Source of the DNA: Nitrospirota bacterium
GTDB lineage: Bacteria > Nitrospirota > Thermodesulfovibrionia > Thermodesulfovibrionales > Dissulfurispiraceae
Direction: 5' to 3'
Length of the DNA stretch: 64,000 bases
Assembly: GCA_040754455.1 (NCBI GenBank)
Contig: JBFMCP010000002.1
Coordinates: 32,001-96,000, forward strand
The number at the start of each line of letters is the position of its first letter. The stretch's first letter is position 1. Below the pieces are notes generated by a model. It searched no databases. It was given only the letters and a program-made list of their open reading frames with translations, and was not told where the DNA came from. Both the position numbers and the translations under genes were made by a program. Positions 57,518 to 64,000 of this stretch are shown one piece after another.

Positions 57518-59578
57518 ATGAGATGGAATATTTTTTCACGTCTGTTTTCAAAAGCCCCGTCGGGCTCTTTCGACATGCAGCTCAGGCCCCGGCAGGCGCA
57601 GGGACCCTATACGCAGAAGTTCGAGGAGTTTTTCACCCGCAAGGTTGAGGGCGCGTTTTACGAGTTCCTCCGGAAGACCATGCCGGTCATCGATGGAGCG
57701 ATCAACCGGCTCACTGCACTGGACGGGTATCCGGACATCGAGGGGGACAATGAAGCGTTGGTGGAGGAGATCAAGGACTGGTGGTACAACGTGCCGGTCA
57801 ACCAGTTGCAGAAGGGAGTGCATGCCTATCAGCAGGCACTGACGAGCGAAGCATGGGAGCAGGGGTTTGGCTTCGGCGAGCCGGTCTATGATAAGAAACG
57901 CTCCGACATCATCGGGCTGAACACCGCCGACTCGCTCACCTTCACGTTCAAACAGAAAGATGACGGCACATTCGAGGTCCTGCAAAAGGGCTACGGCGAC
58001 AGCACGCCGAGACCTCTCGACCTTTCACGGCTCGATTTCTTCAGCGTCAACTGCGAGAACGGGGACCCTCGCGGCGTTCCCCTGATGAGATCCTGCGAGA
58101 TAGTGAGCAGGACCCTCGCCACTATATTCAACTCGTTGCAGAATGTATGGGAGCGGTTCGGTGACCCTTCCTTTTCTCTGGTCTACAAATCCCTCACCAA
58201 AGATCAGATCGATCTCGAAGCCAGGCGTCAGAAGCTCTCTACAGACCTGTCCAATGCGGTCAGATCCAAGCGCGAGGGGAAGTCGGTCGATTTCGTCTCC
58301 GCTATTCATAAGGACGCCGAGATCAAACTGGAGATCATCGGCGCCGTCGGCCAGGTGCTCGATGTGGAAATGCCGATGAGGGCTCTCCTGGAGCAGATCG
58401 TCGCAAAAACAGGATTGCCCCCCTGGATGTTCGGGCTCCGCTGGTCCACGACCCAGGGGCTCAGTGATTCTGAAGCGGAGATGATCCTGGCCGATGTCAA
58501 GACACGCCAGGCTGCGAAGACGCCCCTCCTTTACCGGCTGGTGCGCGAGCTGCTCCTCCTGCGCGGCAGGACCTGGAAGCCCGGTGACTGGACGATCACA
58601 TGGAAAACGGTGAACCTCCATGACCTTGTGAAGCAGGCGCAGGCCCGGTTCCTGAACGGCCAGGCAGATATGTACTACATGCAGAATGCCGAGCGCGCCG
58701 GCATCGAGATCAGCCGCGAGGACCTCGCCCTCGGAAAAGAAGTAAGAGCAAAGGGCGTTATCATCCTCACCGGCAAAAAAGAGACAGGCAGCTGCAGCTG
58801 CGGTGCACATCACGGCCTTAAAGAGCTCCAGCGCACGCAGCCGTGGCCCGAGCTGGACAAAGTAGAGAGCGATTACGAAGGCGCCCTCAAGGCGCGGTGG
58901 GCTGAGCTCCGCGACGTTGTATTTACCATCCTGAAGCTGCCGTACGAGGGCAAATCAGTAAAAGGCCCCGAGGACGTTCCCCCGATCGAAGCATTCTCAT
59001 TCTCCGATGAACAGCGTACGGCGGTGATGAGGGCCTATAAGGACTGGTACGGCTCCTTTGATATCGATGATCCGTCTTCCCCTGTCCGCTGGTACTACGG
59101 GCAGAGCTATTCCCTGGGGCTCATACAGGCGGCGAAGATGATCGGCAAAGAGCGCCCTATCCTCGACATCATCAAAAACAGAGAGATTTATGATGAGCTG
59201 TGCAGGAGCGGTTTCTCTTTGTTGAAGGACAATGCGACCAAAGCGATTGTCGAGAGGATCCTGCCTGAGATGGAAGCCCAGATGCTCGCCGGCACCAACC
59301 CACGCCATGTGGCTACGCGCCTCGAGAAACTCTTCGGCAATGCGAACAGCGACTGGGAGCGTCTGGCGCGGTCCGAGATGAGCATGGCGGCCGAGGAAGC
59401 GAAGGTCGATGAATGGAAAGAGTGGGATGTTGATGTGAAGAACGCTGTGATCCCGGTGAAGGATACGCACCCGCGCTGCAGGTGTTCGAATACCATCAAA
59501 GAGAAAGACGGCAAATTCTTCATTGCTTTTACCCCTGCTCCTGATGCATGTGCAATCTGTGTAGCCTTGGCCCAGTAA
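57518..59578 (+). CDS. Portal protein fused to MuF/gp7-like minor head domain
   Basis: Position after TerL; PRGVPL...RFGDP portal motifs; C-terminal RLARSE, HPRCRC and CAIC. Confidence 0.78.
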   Translation: MRWNIFSRLFSKAPSGSFDMQLRPRQAQGPYTQKFEEFFTRKVEGAFYEFLRKTMPVIDGAINRLTALDGYPDIEGDNEALVEEIKDWWYNVPVNQLQKGVHAYQQALTSEAWEQGFGFGEPVYDKKRSDIIGLNTADSLTFTFKQKDDGTFEVLQKGYGDSTPRPLDLSRLDFFSVNCENGDPRGVPLMRSCEIVSRTLATIFNSLQNVWERFGDPSFSLVYKSLTKDQIDLEARRQKLSTDLSNAVRSKREGKSVDFVSAIHKDAEIKLEIIGAVGQVLDVEMPMRALLEQIVAKTGLPPWMFGLRWSTTQGLSDSEAEMILADVKTRQAAKTPLLYRLVRELLLLRGRTWKPGDWTITWKTVNLHDLVKQAQARFLNGQADMYYMQNAERAGIEISREDLALGKEVRAKGVIILTGKKETGSCSCGAHHGLKELQRTQPWPELDKVESDYEGALKARWAELRDVVFTILKLPYEGKSVKGPEDVPPIEAFSFSDEQRTAVMRAYKDWYGSFDIDDPSSPVRWYYGQSYSLGLIQAAKMIGKERPILDIIKNREIYDELCRSGFSLLKDNATKAIVERILPEMEAQMLAGTNPRHVATRLEKLFGNANSDWERLARSEMSMAAEEAKVDEWKEWDVDVKNAVIPVKDTHPRCRCSNTIKEKDGKFFIAFTPAPDACAICVALAQ

Positions 59579-59598
59579 CATTTATTCTGTTCATCCAG

Positions 59599-59631
59599 AG
59601 GCCGTGAGTAAAAAAACTTACGGCCTTTTTT
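59599..59631 (+). terminator. Intrinsic terminator after the portal gene
   Basis: AGGCCGTGAG/CTTACGGCCT followed by a T-tract. Confidence 0.75.
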
Positions 59632-59635
59632 CTTG

Positions 59636-59669
59636 CTGTCAAATCATGAAATAAATTTTTGCTATCAAT
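59636..59669 (+). promoter_or_regulatory. Late promoter copy 3 (head operon)
   Basis: CTGTCAAATCATGAAATA-9 bp-TATCAAT. Confidence 0.7.
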
Positions 59670-59702
59670 AGGAGCAACAAATTTTCCAAAGAGGTGCGCA
59701 CA

Positions 59703-59990
59703 ATGGCTACAGGAAAGTCGAAGGAGATGAAGGGAGAGGAGGCCCTGGCGGAAATCAAAAACATGAAGAACCCCGATTTCATACGGGCATTCATAGAAGG
59801 TGATACGAGGAAGACCGTCACCGACGCTGCAGAGGCCGCTATAAAAAGACTGACGCAGCCCAAAGACGGCGAGGTCGACAAGATCACCGAAGAGACCGCT
59901 GATTTCAAGGACGGGATACAGGCCACCAAGAGCTATGTTACCTGCGAGGACGTGATCAAGAAAATGCGCGAAGAGGGCGTAGCGATATGA
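59703..59990 (+). CDS. Hypothetical head-module protein
   Basis: GAGG RBS; ATGA-coupled to the protease. Confidence 0.6.
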   Translation: MATGKSKEMKGEEALAEIKNMKNPDFIRAFIEGDTRKTVTDAAEAAIKRLTQPKDGEVDKITEETADFKDGIQATKSYVTCEDVIKKMREEGVAI

Positions 59991-61210
59991 GACTGACGCG
60001 CAAGCAGCTCCTTGCCAGGATCACCCAGGAGAAGGAGCAGGGCAAGTTCAAGGGCCTGGAGCATTCGAAGATCCTTGCAATCAAGGCGATCGTCGGGGTC
60101 GAGATCACTCCGGAGATCGTGGCTCAGGTCAATGCCTACACTCTTGAGCCGCATACTGCGGATCAGCTCTATGTCCGCAAGTTTTTATTTGCGCATAACT
60201 GTGTCGACAGGGACAGAGAGCGCTTTCCCGAGCCGCTTCTTGATGACTTTGCTCGCACTATGCCGGGCAAGTCATTTCTCATCGGCCACTCCCGGTCCGG
60301 CCCCGGCAAGGGGCTTTTCTTTGCTGCTACATGCGAGCAGCTGACCCCGGAGCGATTCGAGGAGCTTACCGGCGAGAAGCCTAAGCTACCTGCGGGGGTC
60401 ACTATGGTCAAAGTGTTATGGGCATGGATGTACATGCTCAACAACGACTTTAACAAAGAGACCATCCTAAACATCAATGCGGGAATTTACCGGCACGTCA
60501 GTATAGGCTTCGGAGCTGCGGATCTGATTGCGGTCAAAGGTGAGTTCAATCAGGTCCTGTATTGGGAATATGTCCCCCCTGGAGAAGCGACTGAGGGCAG
60601 CTTGGTATGGCTGGGCGCCCAACCGGGCGCTACGGCACAGAAGGGCGCTGAGAGCAATGAAAACGGCTTTGACCGTTCAGACCACGAAGAAGGAGAAGAA
60701 GAGATGAAAGAGTTTCTGAAAATGTTGTCGTTGCTCTTCGGCGGCAAGGCCTTCACCGAAGAGAACTGGCTGGAGCAGGTGAAAGCGGCGATGACCGAAT
60801 CCGTCAAGACCGCGACGTCCGTACTCGAAACCAAGGTCAAGGAGCTGACCGCCAAGGTCGACGAGCTCACCGGCAAGAACGCCGAGCTCGAGCGCGACGC
60901 CAAGGACGGCAAGGCATACCGGACGCACCTGTGCGACGAGTACGCCCGCATGAAGGCAGCGCTCGGCGACATCGAGACCACGCCCGAAGCCGCCGCAGGC
61001 GTAAAAACCGTGGCGACCGGCTGGCCCATCGAATTCCTGCAGGGCGAGATCAAGGTGCTCACCGCCCGGATGGAAAAGGCTTTCCCTGACGGGCAGCTTA
61101 AGCCCGGCGAGAAAAAGCCCACGGGCGAGGCAGGCGACGGTAACACAGGCCCCGAAGGGAAGAAGTCGGGCCAAAACCCCCTCATCCCTGAAGACGAAAA
61201 GGAGGAATAA
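59987..61210 (+). CDS. Prohead protease with C-terminal scaffold region
   Basis: VDRDRERF, LIGH, VSIGF, EGSLV...AQPGA; coiled-coil C-terminal half. Confidence 0.78.
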   Translation: MRLTRKQLLARITQEKEQGKFKGLEHSKILAIKAIVGVEITPEIVAQVNAYTLEPHTADQLYVRKFLFAHNCVDRDRERFPEPLLDDFARTMPGKSFLIGHSRSGPGKGLFFAATCEQLTPERFEELTGEKPKLPAGVTMVKVLWAWMYMLNNDFNKETILNINAGIYRHVSIGFGAADLIAVKGEFNQVLYWEYVPPGEATEGSLVWLGAQPGATAQKGAESNENGFDRSDHEEGEEEMKEFLKMLSLLFGGKAFTEENWLEQVKAAMTESVKTATSVLETKVKELTAKVDELTGKNAELERDAKDGKAYRTHLCDEYARMKAALGDIETTPEAAAGVKTVATGWPIEFLQGEIKVLTARMEKAFPDGQLKPGEKKPTGEAGDGNTGPEGKKSGQNPLIPEDEKEE

Positions 61211-61213
61211 TCG

Positions 61214-61558
61214 ATGGCAACGGCGACGATACTTTCAGGCGTCAACAAGTCAAGGACGCTGCGGTACAAGCACAACGCCGCAGTAGCGGTCAACGATGTG
61301 ATCGTGGGCAACGGGCATGTCCTCGTAGCCCTCGGTGATTATGCTGCGAATGCCGAGGGAGTCTATGCGTTCCGAAGCAGGGCGAGCTTCCCCAAAGAGG
61401 CGGCTCTCGCCGTCACCGCGGGAGACAAGATGTATTGGGTAGCGGCAGCCGGCAATGCGAACAAGACGGCTGCTGGCAACACGCTGATGGGCATAGCCGT
61501 CGAGGATGCGGCCGCAGCGGATACCACCGTGACCGTAGAGCTCATGGAGAACAAATAA
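61214..61558 (+). CDS. Capsid cement/decoration protein (DUF2190-like)
   Basis: GDKMYW...GNTLMGIAVEDAAAADTTVTV; lies between protease and capsid. Confidence 0.75.
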   Translation: MATATILSGVNKSRTLRYKHNAAVAVNDVIVGNGHVLVALGDYAANAEGVYAFRSRASFPKEAALAVTAGDKMYWVAAAGNANKTAAGNTLMGIAVEDAAAADTTVTVELMENK

Positions 61559-61572
61559 GGAGGATATGACCA

Positions 61573-62679
61573 GTGAGAAATAAACAGATAGTTATGTTCC
61601 TTGCTTTACTTTTACTCATGGTGAGCCTTGCCGGCTTTGCCTTTGCCTGTAGCGGCCATGCCGCAGAGACAGCGGCATCGTTCACCTTCTTCCCGATCAT
61701 GGGGAGCGTTGCCGGAGGCGGCATGAAGATCATCAACTGGAAGGGAATGAAAGACGTTAAAAAAGGCGATGAGAAGAAGCAGCTTCTGAATGCGTTTTCC
61801 CATTTCGCCCGGAAGCAGGCATCGATGCCCGTCAGGGGGCAGAAGATGAGGGTGTCCGACCCGAACCTGCAGGCAATGATCCCCATTATCGAGGTCGTCT
61901 CGGACCCCGGCGTGGTCACCGATGTAGATCGGGGTTACGAGCTCATCTTCAAGGAAGTGGATATGCGGCAGGCCCGCTCGAACAAATTCCCGGTCCTCGA
62001 CGTTACCGGCGGCGTCACCTTCTACCAGATGACGGCCGGCGAAGAGGCCAAGCTGAGCAGGCTGCCCTCCACTGCGAAGACCGATGTGGGCATGCTCCGT
62101 TTCATCGGAGGTCTCCCCATCCTCGACGACTGGATCAATTACAATGAGTACTATCTCATCGATCAGCTCTTCGAGGATGCCTATCTTGGTTATTACGACA
62201 AAAAGGCGCAGCTCTTCTACGGCCTCTTGATCGCGCTGGACAGCAGCATCAACGTCGCATTCGACACCGATATCTCCACCACGATCAACAAGGCCTGTGC
62301 CGGCATACTCGCCTCTCTGAAGACCAAGAAGGCGAAGAACACCGGGCAGAAGCGGTTCGTCATCACCTGCCGCGAGAGCGACCGCTTCAAGATCGCCAAG
62401 GCGCTCGCCGCCTCGTTCGCCAATGCGAATTCGAACATCAACGAGATCGTCTACAACATCCAGGCGGTGATTCCGACCACCTACATCTCCGAGAGCCACA
62501 ACTATTTTTACGTCTCGCTACCGGGCTTCAAGAATATGCGGGGCGAATGGGAGGACTTCAATGCACGGGATGCCCAGAGGAATGAGCTGATCCTCGGTGC
62601 CGACCAGGTATGGACCGGCGCCTACAACGGCATCATAGGCCTGGCAGAGCAGCACAGGAGATGCGCTCTCAGCGCGTAG
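61573..62679 (+). CDS. Major capsid protein (alternative start at 61723)
   Basis: Position after protease and cement; GEEAK...DDWI pattern compatible with the HK97 fold; hydrophobic N-terminal leader. Confidence 0.7.
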   Translation: MRNKQIVMFLALLLLMVSLAGFAFACSGHAAETAASFTFFPIMGSVAGGGMKIINWKGMKDVKKGDEKKQLLNAFSHFARKQASMPVRGQKMRVSDPNLQAMIPIIEVVSDPGVVTDVDRGYELIFKEVDMRQARSNKFPVLDVTGGVTFYQMTAGEEAKLSRLPSTAKTDVGMLRFIGGLPILDDWINYNEYYLIDQLFEDAYLGYYDKKAQLFYGLLIALDSSINVAFDTDISTTINKACAGILASLKTKKAKNTGQKRFVITCRESDRFKIAKALAASFANANSNINEIVYNIQAVIPTTYISESHNYFYVSLPGFKNMRGEWEDFNARDAQRNELILGADQVWTGAYNGIIGLAEQHRRCALSA

Positions 62680-62700
62680 AGCGGTGATTGATAACTAATG

Positions 62701-62741
62701 AACCCCTCCCCCTTGGTAGGGGGAGGGGGGAGGGATGAGGT
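62701..62741. repeat. REP-like GC-rich hairpin
   Basis: CCCCTCCCCCT-TGGT-AGGGGGAGGGG followed by AGGGATGAGG. Confidence 0.5.
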
Positions 62742-62744
62742 GTT

Positions 62745-63838
62745 ATGGAAGTAGTCCAGGCTATAAAGCAATCTTTCAGAGATGATTTTAACGGAAGTGA
62801 TATCGATACAAATATCTGGGACTTAACACTTGGTCCGGGTATGTTGTGTACTGTGAGCGGCGGCAAACTGAACATAGACACTGGGGTTACTGGGAACAGT
62901 GAAACTATTCTGCTATCTAAAAATGCTTATCATTTCCCTTCATTACTGTATGCTCTGGTTTCCTTATCGCAGAGGATTGCGAACCAGGAATTTTATATAG
63001 AGTTGATCGATAAAGACAATCAAAACCGATGCGGTTGGCTGCTTGACGGCACGACGGCCACAAATGGGAAATATTTCAACCAGAATTCGGGGCTTACTAC
63101 TACATCGGCTGCATCCACGATTGTGACTACCGCATCAAACACGATTCTTGAGATCGAGGCGTTTCGTGATGATGTTAATTTCCATTCACGCACGCTTAAT
63201 GGCAATAGATCGAATTCTTATGTTTTACAGGAGAATGTTCCGGATCCGGCTGTCCAATATTATATCCGCATCCGGGTGAAAAACACGGGGACACCTGCCT
63301 CATCGACCACTTTCGCTATTGACGCAGTTTCCATTATGGATATAACGGACTTATTTATGGAGATCACGGGGGGAAGGGGGGGACTTCAGCAACTCAATCT
63401 CTCCCAGTTGCTGTGATCTCAGGAGTAGCTACACCAGCCGGGACAAACAGAATAGGAGTGGTGGCTACTATGCAACGGCTGCTGGCAGCGGCATATGTGG
63501 ATACGTCTACACCGCTTGGGGCAAATGGCAGCTTTCAGGGGACATCGAGAGATTGTCAGCAATCTACAAGCGCTCCATATGATCACTATGGCAAGTATCG
63601 CGTGATAAGTATATCAGATCAGCCAGGCTCGTTGATTATACAGGAAAGCTCTGATAATTCCACTTTCTACGGGGTCAGACGCGAAGACGCCGTTGCAGTT
63701 ACTGATTATGACGGCACGGTACGTTATATAGCAAGTATTACACATGAGAGCACATCACGTTATGTGAAATCTGCGTACAAAAATGGAGGGACTGCACAGG
63801 GGCTCTTCAGAATACATTCCAGAGTTATTGGACAATAG
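62745..63838 (+). CDS. Beta-rich putative virion/decoration protein split by a G7 frameshift
   Basis: ORFs 62745-63416 and 63413-63838 join as ITGGRGG-TSATQSLPVAVISG if one G is added at 63376-63382; lower GC. Confidence 0.55.
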
Positions 63839-63847
63839 GAGGGATAC

Positions 63848-64000
63848 ATGCCAGAAGAAATAAATCCAGCGATCGCGCATATAGTTTGTCCCTGCGGAAG
63901 TAAATTCCAGGTCCTTAATCATGATGGTACAGATTGGGATGAGGACGCAACGGCTGCAGCATATCAAGCTCATTTGGCGCTAAATAATCCTGAATGTCAA
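63848..64000 (+). CDS. Hypothetical protein (3' truncated by window)
   Basis: AGGAGG RBS; MPEEINPAIAHIVCPCG, open to the window end. Confidence 0.5.
   Translation, partial: MPEEINPAIAHIVCPCGSKFQVLNHDGTDWDEDATAAAYQAHLALNNPECQ

Larger units (their letters stand above)
25056..64000. mobile_element. Temperate prophage (continues beyond the window)
   Basis: att/tRNA fragment, integrase, repressor, primase-helicase, terminase, portal, protease and capsid in standard order. Confidence 0.95.

Noticed and set aside
25056..64000. CRISPR array, diversity-generating retroelement, retron or intron
   Set aside because: No repeat-spacer array, reverse transcriptase motif or TR/VR pair was seen in this window.

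Overview
The window has two parts. (1) Positions 1 to ~25,050 are host chromosome of an anaerobe, most likely a sulfate-reducer-type Nitrospirota or Desulfobacterota (inferred from gene content only). They carry a Wood-Ljungdahl carbonyl-branch operon (acsE partial, acsD, acsC, acsB, cooS) and a NuoE/NuoF-CBS/ferredoxin/NuoG-like flavin-FeS module with no catalytic metal site. They also carry nfnAB, murB, hisG, scpA, an octaheme cytochrome, a Glu/Leu dehydrogenase and small genes. (2) From 25,056 to the end is the first ~39 kb of a temperate prophage integrated in a tRNA-Glu(CTC) gene, with the 3' tRNA fragment next to the integrase. It contains a repressor, a long early operon, a primase-helicase with an iteron-rich origin, a second tyrosine recombinase, a Mor-like activator, DNA-modification genes, terminase, portal, protease and capsid. 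Most striking: an unlisted 54-aa phage microprotein (34906-35070) fusing a CxxC/CxxC knuckle to a near-exact copy of the DsrA N-terminal motif; a DNA methyltransferase fused to a near-full-length DnaN beta-clamp (51029-53383); a methylase-like/GNAT-like fusion paired with ParB; a stand-alone paralog of the phage's own helicase domain; three copies of a conserved late-promoter motif; and a signal-peptide-like leader on the major capsid protein. All family assignments come from motifs recognised by eye; no searches were run.
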